In this document: piece by piece, positions 41,093 through 50,995 of the stretch
Layout of the letters: each line of letters opens with the position of its first letter
How positions within the stretch are numbered: the stretch's first letter is position 1
NCBI GenBank assembly: GCA_040375445.1
Contig: JBEISK010000003.1
Coordinates: forward strand, 2,216 to 66,215
DNA: 64,000 nt
Direction: 5' to 3'
Origin: Gammaproteobacteria bacterium
GTDB taxonomy: Bacteria; Cyanobacteriota; Vampirovibrionia; Vampirovibrionales; JAJTHC01
Position numbers and translations under genes: made by a program
Notes under the pieces: model-generated
Databases searched by the model: none
Seen by the model: only the letters and a program-made list of their open reading frames with translations
Told to the model about the DNA's origin: nothing

Positions 41093-41746
41093 ATGATTAC
41101 TCAACTACCAAGACTCCTTGCCACTGTATTAGAAACACCACTAAAACATCCCCCCCCCCTCACACAAATACATCCCCTTGAAGGCGTTAGGGAGCCTGTT
41201 GTCTTTGAAAAAGGGAAACGAGTCTTTAAATATTGGGAGAGAAAGATCTTGTTTACAGATGATAGAGGATTAACCTTCACCGTTTACCAGCGAGATGATA
41301 TTATCCCTCAAACAGAATACAATAAACGTCGTATGGCATTAGGGAAGGCTCCTTTAGGGCTTGATGGCAAGGAGATTGAATTACATCACATTACTCAAAC
41401 CTATGGGGGACCCTTAGCGGAGGTCACTCGACATATTCATACAGACGGCAGATTAAAAAACGGGAATTCTTATTCAGATATTTTACACGGATGCCCACCT
41501 GAAAAGTTGCGAGAAGTCTATGAGAGGTGGGCCCGTATTTTGGCAGAGTCTTCGCCAAACAATAACACAGAACCAAGAAAAGAGTGGTCCCTTTGGCTTG
41601 AAGAACTATTGAGGAAAGGCTTAAGCTTAAACCCTACGACATTTAATCCAATCTTTGGGAGGCGAAGAGAATTTCAAAGACAGAAAATTGCCTATTGGAT
41701 CGAACGAGGTGAAAAGCTTTTTGGCATAAAACATGCTATCGTTTAA
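41093..41746 (+). CDS. hypothetical protein with HNH/EndoVII-fold nuclease-like motif (LHH-like: GKEIELHHITQTYGGP...N)
   Basis: The motif ELHHI-x4-GG-x17-N fits HNH-superfamily nucleases that lack zinc-ribbon cysteines (LHH/GH-E type toxin domains). The rest of the 217-aa protein is unrecognised. Confidence 0.35.
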   Translation: MITQLPRLLATVLETPLKHPPPLTQIHPLEGVREPVVFEKGKRVFKYWERKILFTDDRGLTFTVYQRDDIIPQTEYNKRRMALGKAPLGLDGKEIELHHITQTYGGPLAEVTRHIHTDGRLKNGNSYSDILHGCPPEKLREVYERWARILAESSPNNNTEPRKEWSLWLEELLRKGLSLNPTTFNPIFGRRREFQRQKIAYWIERGEKLFGIKHAIV

Positions 41747-41761
41747 AGGTCATCAATAACC

Positions 41762-42562
41762 TTAATCCTGAATGTACATTCTGTCCTTGAGATATTTCCG
41801 TACATCATCCAAGCAGGATTGCACAATCCGTGTAATGCGAGAGCTGGAAAGCCCCATTTCATCCGCAATATCCTTGACCTGCATATTTTTATAAAAACGA
41901 CATTCCATAATGTACTTTTCACGAGCAGGCAAAGCCTTAATCGCTTTTTTAACCGCTTTACCCAACTCGGAAATCTCAAGTTCTTCTTCTGGTGTTGCAG
42001 CACCGTCGGCAATCGTGTCGAAGCTGGTGGTGCCGTCTTCACTGGTTTGCAAGCTGTCGATCGATAAAATCGTTTCATACACCGCTTCACGGACGCTTTC
42101 AATGCTATTGCCCGCTTCATCCACATTGTCACTTTTTTTATGCTTCAGCGTGTACCATTTCAGACGCACCCGAATCTCATTACGAATGCCCCAACGGATG
42201 GCGGTTGCCATGTACGAGATGTTTAAGCGAGCCATATCTTCAGGGCTTTTGGTGTTAATGAGGTTTTGAACGGACAACGCCCCAATGCTAATGAGTTCTT
42301 CTAGTTCTACCATGTGTGGCGGAATACGACGAAACTCCGCACGCGCCACCCGCTCTACCAAGTTCAAATAATCCGCAACGTTGTTGCTTTTGGTTGTTTG
42401 ACGAGGCATGACGGCATAGGTGTGTTGGTCTTGTTTAACAAAGTTTTGTTGCAATTGTGGGATGACGGCATCCGTAGGCAAAATCGTTTTGCTCACATTT
42501 TGGGCCATGCTAGGTTTTTCGGCCACTTTGGGTTGTTCAAAAGGATTTTGAGGTGAAGTCAT
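41762..42562 (-). CDS. RNA polymerase sigma factor, sigma-70 family group 3 (FliA/SigF-like); start placed at MTSPQNPF
   Basis: Region 2 (ADYLNLVERVARAEFRRI...LEELISIGALSV), region 3 and a region 4 HTH (IADEMGLSSSRITRIVQS). SD GGAGAT lies before the ATG at 42560-42562. Confidence 0.8.
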   Translation of the reverse strand: MTSPQNPFEQPKVAEKPSMAQNVSKTILPTDAVIPQLQQNFVKQDQHTYAVMPRQTTKSNNVADYLNLVERVARAEFRRIPPHMVELEELISIGALSVQNLINTKSPEDMARLNISYMATAIRWGIRNEIRVRLKWYTLKHKKSDNVDEAGNSIESVREAVYETILSIDSLQTSEDGTTSFDTIADGAATPEEELEISELGKAVKKAIKALPAREKYIMECRFYKNMQVKDIADEMGLSSSRITRIVQSCLDDVRKYLKDRMYIQD

Positions 42563-42776
42563 GAGTAGAAATCTCCGCCAATTCACAATGCCACAGTATA
42601 GATAGACACTGTGGAGAGGGTCTTGTTCTAGGTATCGGCGACTTAAACGGGGTCTCCACGGCACTCCCCTATTTAGTGTATCCGTCAGAGTAGTCTGTGA
42701 CTCCCATTAAGTGAGGGATAGCCATTCACCGCCTTTTTGTGCGATAATAAAAACAAGTGAAAAGAGGGTGGAAGCG

Positions 42777-43733
42777 ATGGAAAATCTGTTGCAACATAAT
42801 GAATGGATCAGTGCTCTACTGCCTAATTCTTGGCGGATTATTGTGCAGTTCACGATTTTAGCAGGGATTTTGTATTACGTTCACAACAAGTTTATTCGCT
42901 ATAGCCATGCGGATCACTTGGTTAAAGGTTTATTTATTGTACTGATTTTACTGGTGGGGCTGTGGGCGTTGGCTCAAAAGTTTCAATTCATGATTTTAGA
43001 AATCGTGTTCCGTACCAGTATTCAATTACTGGTTATAGGCTTAATCGTTATTTTTCAACCTGAATTACGCCGAGTCTTACTCTTTTTTGGGCAAAATGAT
43101 TGGCTGAGTCTAAGCACCAATGCGTCAAAGCCCACTCTTTCTTATGGAGAACCTTGGCAAGCGGTGAAAATTTTAAGTGATGTGGTTCGTTTCTTGTCTA
43201 AATCTAAGACAGGGGCGTTGATTGTGTTGGATTTAGATCCTGATGAGTCGTTGGACGCTCACTACCTCGAAATGGGTACACCGATTAATGCTATCATTTC
43301 GTCTCCTTTAATTTTAACGATTTTTCATCCCAATACGCCTTTGCATGACGGTGCTATGGTCATCAATCGAGACAATCATATCGTTTCGGCGGGGGTTCTA
43401 CTTCCTTTGACAGAAGACCCTAATCTAAGCTGGCGTTACGGCACACGGCATCGAGCGGCGATTGGTTTGACGGAAATTTCTAATGCCATTTGCTTGGTCG
43501 TTTCTGAAGAAACAGGGGCGATTTCTTTTGCTCAAGATGGTAAAATTACGAAGTTGACGTCCCCAGAAAGTTTGACGTCTAAATTAGAAGACTTATACGC
43601 TACAGAAGTTAATGACGAAGAAGAAGAAAATACGCAAGGTGTTTTTTCCTCCCCTGTGAGTCAGTTAATGGACTTGGCTCGACGCATTCAAAATAATCCC
43701 AAAGGGTCTTTTTGGTCGAAGTGGAAGAGCTAG
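42777..43733 (+). CDS. cdaA: diadenylate cyclase CdaA (c-di-AMP synthase)
   Basis: Three N-terminal TM helices plus a DisA_N/DAC domain (GAMVINRDNHIVSAGVLLPL...RYGTRHRAAIGLTEISNAICLVVSEETGAIS). Start moved to the ATG at 42777 (SD AAGAGGGTGGAAG). Confidence 0.85.
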   Translation: MENLLQHNEWISALLPNSWRIIVQFTILAGILYYVHNKFIRYSHADHLVKGLFIVLILLVGLWALAQKFQFMILEIVFRTSIQLLVIGLIVIFQPELRRVLLFFGQNDWLSLSTNASKPTLSYGEPWQAVKILSDVVRFLSKSKTGALIVLDLDPDESLDAHYLEMGTPINAIISSPLILTIFHPNTPLHDGAMVINRDNHIVSAGVLLPLTEDPNLSWRYGTRHRAAIGLTEISNAICLVVSEETGAISFAQDGKITKLTSPESLTSKLEDLYATEVNDEEEENTQGVFSSPVSQLMDLARRIQNNPKGSFWSKWKS

Positions 43734-45104
43734 TTAAGCAGACGGTTGAATATAGCCTTTGCTCAGGGTGTTGGATTTCCCTACCTGACGAACTTGGCTT
43801 ATTTTTTCGGCATAATTGACGCGTTGATGATGAATCGCACTTAAGCCTTTGGTAAAAGACTTCTTAATTTTCCAGATTTCTTGCATGGTGATGGGGCATT
43901 CATCAAATTGTCCGTCTTCAATGCGTTGCTTGAAAATGACTTCCAATAAGGCATCGACTTGATCAGGGGTGGGGGCATTTAAGGCACGCACGGCAGATTC
44001 GGCGGCATCTGCCAACATGACAATCGCTGTTTCACGCGTCTGTGGTTTGGGCCCTGAATAGCGAAACTGAGCTTTGGTGACGTGATCTCGACCTTCGATC
44101 TTGAGGGCTTGGGCGTAAAAATAGCCACAAATGAGCGTCCCATGATGTTCAGGCATAAAGGCTTGAATGGCATCAGGTAGTTTGTATTCTTCACCGAGCT
44201 TCATGCCATCAATGGGGTGAGCGGTGACGATGAGTTTGCTCATGCGAGGGTTTAAATAGTCATGCGGATTTGACACGCCAAAATAGGCTTGATTTTCAAT
44301 GAAATAAATCGGACGCTTCATTTTGCCAATGTCGTGGTACAAGCACCCCACACGCGTCAACAAACCATTGGCGTTAATATCGTCTGACGCCTGTTCAGAC
44401 AAGGTCGCCAGCAACAGGCTATGATGAAACGTCCCAGGGGCTTCGACTTGTAAGCGTTTAATCAAGGGGTGATCCAAGTTCGACAGCTCGAGTAAGGTCA
44501 AGGAGGAAAGGAAATTAAAAAGATATTCAAGAGCAGGAGACAATCCCACCGAAAGGAAAAAAGGCAAGACACTGGCGAATCCACCTGAAATAATAAAAGA
44601 GCTTAACGAAAGTTTGTCTAAACTTGGGTAGACGAACAAGAGGTTCACCAGCACGATGCCTCCCCAAAAGAAGGTTGATTTCACCAAGTCTCCACGAGCT
44701 TTGACGACCCCTCGCTTATAGAAAAAGTAATTTTGAAGCGACACGCTCATAAACCATAGCACCCACAAGGTATGGCTCACTTCCGAAGGCAAAAGCAATA
44801 AAAAGCCCAAGAACGCCAGCAACACCGAAGCCGAGCGACGAGGGACATCCACCACATAGGTACAAAAGCTAAAGGTGGCACTAATCGCCAAGACCATAAG
44901 GTAGAGGTAAGGCGACTTCATAAAGGCAAGGGCGATATAGGTCATCGTCACAAAACTCACGATGAAATACGCCCGTTGTCTGCCTTTTAGGGTGGGGAAG
45001 CTAAACCATAGCCACGCCACCGCCATGAGCGTGTACAAGACCAATGGCAAAATGGTTAACAGCCCAGTGGGGTTCGGGGCAAGGCTTTCAAGGGTTTCGC
45101 CCAT
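43734..45104 (-). CDS. pgpH: 7TM-receptor-HD (7TMR-HDED) membrane phosphohydrolase, PgpH-like putative c-di-AMP phosphodiesterase
   Basis: Seven predicted TM helices followed by an HD domain (HHSLLLATLSE...GCLYHDIGK). Start placed at the ATG at 45102-45104, preceded by SD AGAGAGGA. Confidence 0.65.
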   Translation of the reverse strand: MGETLESLAPNPTGLLTILPLVLYTLMAVAWLWFSFPTLKGRQRAYFIVSFVTMTYIALAFMKSPYLYLMVLAISATFSFCTYVVDVPRRSASVLLAFLGFLLLLPSEVSHTLWVLWFMSVSLQNYFFYKRGVVKARGDLVKSTFFWGGIVLVNLLFVYPSLDKLSLSSFIISGGFASVLPFFLSVGLSPALEYLFNFLSSLTLLELSNLDHPLIKRLQVEAPGTFHHSLLLATLSEQASDDINANGLLTRVGCLYHDIGKMKRPIYFIENQAYFGVSNPHDYLNPRMSKLIVTAHPIDGMKLGEEYKLPDAIQAFMPEHHGTLICGYFYAQALKIEGRDHVTKAQFRYSGPKPQTRETAIVMLADAAESAVRALNAPTPDQVDALLEVIFKQRIEDGQFDECPITMQEIWKIKKSFTKGLSAIHHQRVNYAEKISQVRQVGKSNTLSKGYIQPSA

Positions 45105-45241
45105 TGAGGCATCCTCTCTTCGTATACAAGGGGATTGTATCACAAATTTACCACTTATTTTGAAGTTTAACATGATTACCTTGTTTGAGGTACACTAAGC
45201 TTTATTCTTAGTCAATTTAACCCAATTTGGAGACGCTCTTC

Positions 45242-47179
45242 ATGTCACACGCTCATCCTGAACCCATTGCGATACTAGACTGCGGCGCCCAATACACCAA
45301 AGTCATCGACCGCCGTTTACGACAAATGAACGTGGAATCAATCATCTACCCCATCGATGTACAAGCATCCGTCTTGCAAGACGCAGGCATTAAAGGGATT
45401 ATCCTCAGCGGAGGGCCTCACTCGGTGTATGAAGCAGGATCTCCGCAGTGTGATGGGGCTATTTTTGATCTAAACGTGCCTATTTTAGGCATTTGCTACG
45501 GCATGCAGTTGATGACCCAACATTTCGGAGGCATCGTGGAAAGTTGTTCTCGTAAGGAATACGGCGAAACCGAAATCTCGGTGGATGCGGAAAGTCCTTT
45601 GTTCAAAGGCTTAAGCGCCACGCAACATGTGTTGATGAGTCATGGCGATAGCGTCACCCAACTCGGCGAAGGCTTTGTGGCGATTGCCGAATCCGTGTCT
45701 GAAGAAGCAGGTAAAACGGTGAACGTCCATGCGGGTATTGCTCATCAGAGCAAGCCGTTTTATGGCGTGCAGTTTCACCCTGAAGTGGAACTTAGCACAG
45801 AAGGCACCGTCATGCTTGAACGCTTTTTATTCGACATTTGCCACCTTTCAGGATCCTTCAAACTGGCGGATCGCCTCGAAACCATGCTCGCTGAACTCAA
45901 GGCTCAGGTGCAGAATCGTCCTGTCTTTGTGCTGGTGAGTGGGGGTGTGGATTCTTCTGTGGTGGCGGCGGCGTTGATTAAAGCCTTGCCTGCTGAACAA
46001 GTCTATGCCGTGCATATCAACACGGGCTTGATGCGTCAAGATGAAAGCGATCTCGTTTGCGATGCCCTTCAAGCCATTGGCTTAACGCATCTTAAACGCT
46101 TGGATGCTCAAGACTTTTTCCTCGATTTCACCACGCTCGACGATGCAGGTCGTACGATTGGGCCTTTGAAAGAAGCTACCGATCCTGAAGAAAAACGCCG
46201 TTTGATTGGCGATGCCTTTTTCCGCTTGATTGATGCCGAGATGAAAGCCACGTTGGAAGAAGCAGGCGTTAGTGCGGATGATGTCTTGCTCGCTCAAGGG
46301 ACGTTGCGTCCTGATTTGATTGAAAGTGGCAATAAGGATGTTTCTAAAACGGCTCAAAAAATCAAGACGCATCATAACGATGTGCCGCTCATTCAAGCCC
46401 AGCGAGAAAAAGGCTTAATCGTCGAACCCAACCGTGACTTGCATAAGGATGAAGTCCGCCAAGTGGGGCGTTTGCTCGGTTTGCCTGAAGCCTTGGTCAT
46501 TCGCCAGCCTTTTCCAGGACCAGGTTTGGGTGTGCGGATGCTCTGTGCCAATACCGCTTACGGCTTAGACGCTTACGATACGCTCAATGCGGATCTTCAA
46601 CGTGTGGCGAGTGAGTTTAACTTGCAAGCCGTTTTATTGCCTGTTCGCACCGTCGGCGTGCAAGGCGACGGACGCACCTATAGTTATGTCGCAGCGATTG
46701 AAGCGGAAGACTTTGACAGCATCCACGGCTTTAAAGCCGTGCGTCATGCCGCACGAGAACTTACGAACCGTCTGCCCTTGATTAACCGCATCGCCCTTAA
46801 TATCGCACCCTCTCGTGCCTTGGCAAGCTCGATTAAAGCGATTACGCCCACCACGCTCACGCCTGAAGCCATTGCTCAACTACAAAATTGGGATGCTCAT
46901 GTGACATCGTACACGATGGCTCATGCGGATTTCAACGCCATTAGCCAACTACTTGCGGTGATGTTGCCTGTGGCGGCAGACGGTCTAGGTAGTCGTTCGC
47001 TTGCGGTGCGTGCGGTAGTGACCAGTGACTTTATGACGGCTCGCCCTGCGTTAGTGGGGCAGGAATTGCCTGAAGGCTTTTTGTCGGGTTTAGGTTCCCA
47101 TTTACAGGGACTCGCTGGGGTGGGGCATGTGTTTTATGATGTCACCAGCAAGCCTCCTGCCACAGTGGAGTGGGAATAG
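45242..47179 (+). CDS. guaA: GMP synthase (glutamine-hydrolysing), long form
   Basis: GATase1 domain (ICYGMQL, catalytic C/H), an ATP-PPase P-loop (VLVSGGVDSSV) and a C-terminal dimerisation domain. Start placed at the ATG at 45242 with SD GGAGA. The listed ORF uses an upstream TTG. Confidence 0.85.
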   Translation: MSHAHPEPIAILDCGAQYTKVIDRRLRQMNVESIIYPIDVQASVLQDAGIKGIILSGGPHSVYEAGSPQCDGAIFDLNVPILGICYGMQLMTQHFGGIVESCSRKEYGETEISVDAESPLFKGLSATQHVLMSHGDSVTQLGEGFVAIAESVSEEAGKTVNVHAGIAHQSKPFYGVQFHPEVELSTEGTVMLERFLFDICHLSGSFKLADRLETMLAELKAQVQNRPVFVLVSGGVDSSVVAAALIKALPAEQVYAVHINTGLMRQDESDLVCDALQAIGLTHLKRLDAQDFFLDFTTLDDAGRTIGPLKEATDPEEKRRLIGDAFFRLIDAEMKATLEEAGVSADDVLLAQGTLRPDLIESGNKDVSKTAQKIKTHHNDVPLIQAQREKGLIVEPNRDLHKDEVRQVGRLLGLPEALVIRQPFPGPGLGVRMLCANTAYGLDAYDTLNADLQRVASEFNLQAVLLPVRTVGVQGDGRTYSYVAAIEAEDFDSIHGFKAVRHAARELTNRLPLINRIALNIAPSRALASSIKAITPTTLTPEAIAQLQNWDAHVTSYTMAHADFNAISQLLAVMLPVAADGLGSRSLAVRAVVTSDFMTARPALVGQELPEGFLSGLGSHLQGLAGVGHVFYDVTSKPPATVEWE

Positions 47180-47184
47180 GTAGG

Positions 47185-47634
47185 ATGAGTACATACATCG
47201 GCATGGACTTCGGTAAAAAACGAATTGGCGTCGCCTATTGCGACGACAGCGAAACGTTTTGCTTTGGCTTGCCCACACTCTTACGAACGAAAATCCCCCT
47301 CGCTGAAATCCTTCAGCAAGTGTTCGCCCTCATCGATGCTAAAAAAGCCGTCGCTCTGGTCATGGGACTCCCCCGCAACATGGATGGCTCGGAAGGCTTC
47401 ATGGCAGATGCCGTCTACGATTTCGCTGATGCCTTATTAGCGGCTCGCCCTGAACTGCTGATTTATCTGCTGGATGAACGACTCACGTCTAAAATTGCGG
47501 AACAGCATATTCGTGAATCGGGTAAAGCCCCCAGTCGTCACAAGGGCTTGATTGATGAAGAAGCGGCTCGTGGGATTTTGGCGGACTTTCTCAAGACGCC
47601 TCCTGAACGACGAAATCTTTATACCGCTATTTAA
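47185..47634 (+). CDS. ruvX: putative pre-16S rRNA nuclease / Holliday-junction resolvase-like YqgF
   Basis: MSTYIGMDFGKKRIGVAYCD is the RuvX/YqgF N-terminal motif. Length is about 150 aa. Confidence 0.8.
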   Translation: MSTYIGMDFGKKRIGVAYCDDSETFCFGLPTLLRTKIPLAEILQQVFALIDAKKAVALVMGLPRNMDGSEGFMADAVYDFADALLAARPELLIYLLDERLTSKIAEQHIRESGKAPSRHKGLIDEEAARGILADFLKTPPERRNLYTAI

Positions 47635-49066
47635 GCTTTGAAAAACTTTCTAGCTTTAGTAGGGCGGTATAGGTCGGTAAAATGTAGAGGGTTTCTCCTT
47701 CTTTCACGCCTGCTAACGCCAGATACACGGCTTCTTCTAAACACGCTTGCACCTGCGGATGCCACGACGTGTCCAGCGTCGCATGTTGCAGACGGTTCGC
47801 TAAGTCATACGTCCGTTTACCACTCACCGTGTAGCGTTCCGCATTCGGATGCGTGGTCAGTAATTGCTCGAAATCCGCATCCCAAATCCACGAGACATCT
47901 TCGCCGTCGGCATAGGAATCGTTCAAAGCAATCAGAATGTGTGCATTTTGATCATCACACACGGTTTTAATGACTTCAGAGGCACCTGCAGGGTTTTTAA
48001 TCAGCATAATTTGCACGGATTTACCTTCAATCACACGCTTTTCAGCCCTGCCAAACATGGCATGGTGCGTGGCTAATGCCATTTGAATGGCGGTGACGGG
48101 CGTGTGATAATGCCCCGCAACAGATGCCCCTGCTAAAACATTATAAGCATTATACAGCCCCAATAACGGGCTTTTCAAAACAATTCCCTGCCCGAGTACA
48201 AGGTGATCCAGCCGCAGATGCCAGCCGTCGGCTTCCACTTGTAGAGGCGTGATGCTGGCGTCTAAATCAGGGCGTTTCAATCCACAGCCGTCACAAAACC
48301 AGTCGCCCAAGTGAGCAAAGCTACGACTTCGGTACAAAACGGTATGCCCACATTCAGGGCAGTTCGCCACTTCTTGCGGATGCGGTACCGTTTTTGCCAA
48401 GCCTGTTTCGGTTTTTTCTCGTGCGTCACGACTTACATTTAAACCAAAATAAAAGACGCCAAGCCCCTGCTTTTCAGCGTTTCGTCCCATACCCACCAGC
48501 ATGGGGTCATCCGCATTAAGGAAGATCGTGCCTGTTGTAAAGGGAATGCCTTCTTCGATAAAGGCCGCCGTGGTCGAAAGCTCTCCATAGCGATCTAATT
48601 GATCTCGAAAGAGGTTCATCACCACTAAATCCGACGGCATCACCGCTGGGGCGACCTTGCCGACGGTGGCTTCATCCGTTTCTAGCACCGCTACTTGGGC
48701 GTGATAAGCTCCGTCCCACCCAACCGCTTGAGCCAAGCTCGTGGTGATGCCATACACCAAGTTCGCCCCTTTTTCGTTAAGCAAGCAGGCATTGTGATTG
48801 GCTTCAAAAATGTCTCGTAAGAAGGTGGCAGCCGTGGTTTTGCCGTTGGTGCCTGTCATCATTACACGAATAGGCGGTAATTTTTTGCCCAAAGCCTTTA
48901 AAAAATGGGGATGCCACCTTAAAGCCAACTTACCAGGTAAGCTTGTGGCGGAACCCTTGCCACTCATGCGAATGAGCAAGCTAAGGGCTTTGACAAAAAC
49001 GCTGGCTAAGGCATCGTTGATCGTCCAGGTGGAGGTGTTGAGGTCTACGTTTTTTTTAAGTGTCAT
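47627..49066 (-). CDS. murT: Mur-ligase-family protein, MurT-like (Mur ligase middle domain, Cys4 zinc ribbon and DUF1727-like C-domain)
   Basis: Has the P-loop MTGTNGKTTAATFL, the zinc ribbon CPECGH...CDGCG and a C-terminal domain typical of lipid II isoglutaminyl synthase MurT. No adjacent GatD glutaminase gene is visible. Confidence 0.6.
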   Translation of the reverse strand: MTLKKNVDLNTSTWTINDALASVFVKALSLLIRMSGKGSATSLPGKLALRWHPHFLKALGKKLPPIRVMMTGTNGKTTAATFLRDIFEANHNACLLNEKGANLVYGITTSLAQAVGWDGAYHAQVAVLETDEATVGKVAPAVMPSDLVVMNLFRDQLDRYGELSTTAAFIEEGIPFTTGTIFLNADDPMLVGMGRNAEKQGLGVFYFGLNVSRDAREKTETGLAKTVPHPQEVANCPECGHTVLYRSRSFAHLGDWFCDGCGLKRPDLDASITPLQVEADGWHLRLDHLVLGQGIVLKSPLLGLYNAYNVLAGASVAGHYHTPVTAIQMALATHHAMFGRAEKRVIEGKSVQIMLIKNPAGASEVIKTVCDDQNAHILIALNDSYADGEDVSWIWDADFEQLLTTHPNAERYTVSGKRTYDLANRLQHATLDTSWHPQVQACLEEAVYLALAGVKEGETLYILPTYTALLKLESFSKLK

Positions 49067-49111
49067 GGGATTATTTTACACCGAAATCTTTAAAAACAGT
49101 TATACTATTAG

Positions 49112-50206
49112 ATGTTGTGTAATAAGGAAGTTCAGTTGACTACGTCTTTCTCTAAAATTCGTCATAAAGTGCCACCCAAATTGTGGGCGTTGGCGATGCT
49201 TGCGGTGCTTTATAGTGCCGTGGTATTCGCAGGCTTTTTGACGCCTTATGCCCCCAACAGCGTGCGTGAAACGCAGTCGTATCTGCCTCTTACGCCTATT
49301 CAATGGCGAAATACGCAAGGGGCATGGGTGGCTCCCTATATTTTTCACTATAAACGGGTCTTTGATGCCAAAAACCTGCGTTTCACCTATGAACCCGAAC
49401 TCAATAAGCCCTATCCTTTAAAGTTGCTTGTGCAAGGCGAGCCTTACACGATGCTGGGCTTCATTAAAAGTGACTGGCACTTGCTTGGTGTCGAAAATCC
49501 AGCGAGCCTAAGCTTCTTGGGGCGTGATGTGAACGGCAGAGACAATTTTTCAAGGCTCTTACATGCGGGACAGATTTCCTTGTTTATAGGCTTTTGTAGT
49601 TTGTTGGTATCTTTACCCTTGGGGCTAAGCATAGGAGCGTTGTCAGGCTACTTAGGCGGATGGGTAGATAATCTATTGATGCGATTGACCGAAGTCTTAA
49701 TGTCGATACCGTCAATTTTTCTTTTGGTGAGTTTAGCCGCCTTATTACCTGCGAGTTTAAGCAGTGGCGTGCGATTTGTTTTGGTGTCTATGTTGATGGC
49801 AAGCATCGGCTGGACGGGGCTGGCTCGGGTCATTCGAGGCTTGGTCTTAAACATCAAGCAAAACGCCTTTGTTGATGCCGCTCGTTGTATGGGAGCCAGT
49901 CTGCCTCGCTTGATTTTCAAGCATATTTTGCCACAAACGGCGTCTTATGTGGTGGTTTCGTTGACGTTGGGCGTACCTGGTTATATCTTGGCGGAATCAG
50001 GCTTGAGTTTTCTAGGTTTGGGCATTCAACAACCCGATGCAAGTTGGGGCAATATGTTGAAAGAAGCTCAAGAACTCTCTAATTTACTAGAGCATCCGTG
50101 GATGTTGGCACCAGCGGTGTTTATTTTCTTGGCGGTGTGGAGCTATAATTTGCTCGGCGATGCCTTGCGAGATGAGTTGGATCCCAATGTGAAAAAGCTT
50201 TTATAG
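49112..50206 (+). CDS. ABC transporter permease (OppC/DppC family); the real start may be an internal Met
   Basis: Six TM helices and the EAA-like loop of binding-protein-dependent permeases (ARCMGASLPRLIFKHILPQTAS). Confidence 0.7.
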   Translation: MLCNKEVQLTTSFSKIRHKVPPKLWALAMLAVLYSAVVFAGFLTPYAPNSVRETQSYLPLTPIQWRNTQGAWVAPYIFHYKRVFDAKNLRFTYEPELNKPYPLKLLVQGEPYTMLGFIKSDWHLLGVENPASLSFLGRDVNGRDNFSRLLHAGQISLFIGFCSLLVSLPLGLSIGALSGYLGGWVDNLLMRLTEVLMSIPSIFLLVSLAALLPASLSSGVRFVLVSMLMASIGWTGLARVIRGLVLNIKQNAFVDAARCMGASLPRLIFKHILPQTASYVVVSLTLGVPGYILAESGLSFLGLGIQQPDASWGNMLKEAQELSNLLEHPWMLAPAVFIFLAVWSYNLLGDALRDELDPNVKKLL

Positions 50207-50217
50207 CCCTATTTTTT

Positions 50218-50525
50218 GGATTTCTAGCTCCGTTTATAGCTGGTGCTTGGACGTCGACTTGTGCAACGATTTACACATTTCATTTTTTATCCGAAAAACT
50301 ATACGCTCGCAATGACGGACAAAAGGCTTGCCGACAACGCACTAAATGCGAGGCTTCCGAGACATTTTGCGGACGGCAGGAGCGAAAGGAAAGCGAGAGG
50401 GGTGGGATTCTTAAGGGAGGGGGGCGACCAAGACCCTCCCTCCCTTAAGCCGCCTTTGGGGGTTTGGGGAGTCTTTGGCGGCACAAAGACCCCCAAGCAC
50501 CAGCGTGAAACGGAGATAGAAATCC
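50218..50525. mobile_element. MITE-like non-autonomous element, copy C (most intact: about 308 bp with about 32-bp terminal inverted repeats)
   Basis: The left terminus GGATTTCTAGCTCCGTTTATAGCTGGTGCTTGG and the right terminus CCAAGCACCAGCGTGAAACGGAGATAGAAATCC are reverse complements. The interior matches copies A and B. Confidence 0.55.
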
Positions 50526-50558
50526 AAAAAATCGAAAAATGTTCATAAAATCAGAGGC

Positions 50559-50972
50559 TTAGAGATAAGTGAATGGTTCTAAAAAAGTCTTTAATTCTTC
50601 TGTTAATTTTGGGAAATGGTATTCTCCCTTCTCCAACCAGCTTTTTGTTGACAGATAAGACTTAGCTTGAAGATATTCCAAAAGTTCATCATGTGGATAA
50701 CAATATAACGTTGACTTCTCAATAAAGGCAATATAAACATCCTTACCGATGTATTTTTGAAACAATCCGAATCGTCCTTTAATCTGTATTTTTAGAAAAG
50801 TATTCCCATCTACATGACACGCCAAAGCATCCGCCCCTTGCCAATCGTCTGAAAGTCTCATCAAGTTGAAACCATATTCAGCCAAAGTAGACGCTATTTT
50901 GTGGTAATTATAGTTTTCTTGTTGTTTGGGCGTTAATTTTTTATAAGAAATTTTTGAAAATGTCATATCCAA
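50559..50972 (-). CDS. hypothetical protein (137 aa), AT-rich, adjacent to tRNA-Arg
   Basis: ORF with lower GC than its neighbours and no recognisable domain. The stretch GADALACHVDGNTFLKIQIK weakly resembles a PD-(D/E)xK-like core. Confidence 0.35.
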   Translation of the reverse strand: MDMTFSKISYKKLTPKQQENYNYHKIASTLAEYGFNLMRLSDDWQGADALACHVDGNTFLKIQIKGRFGLFQKYIGKDVYIAFIEKSTLYCYPHDELLEYLQAKSYLSTKSWLEKGEYHFPKLTEELKTFLEPFTYL

Positions 50973-50995
50973 ACTCCATTTTAAAAAAGAAAAAA

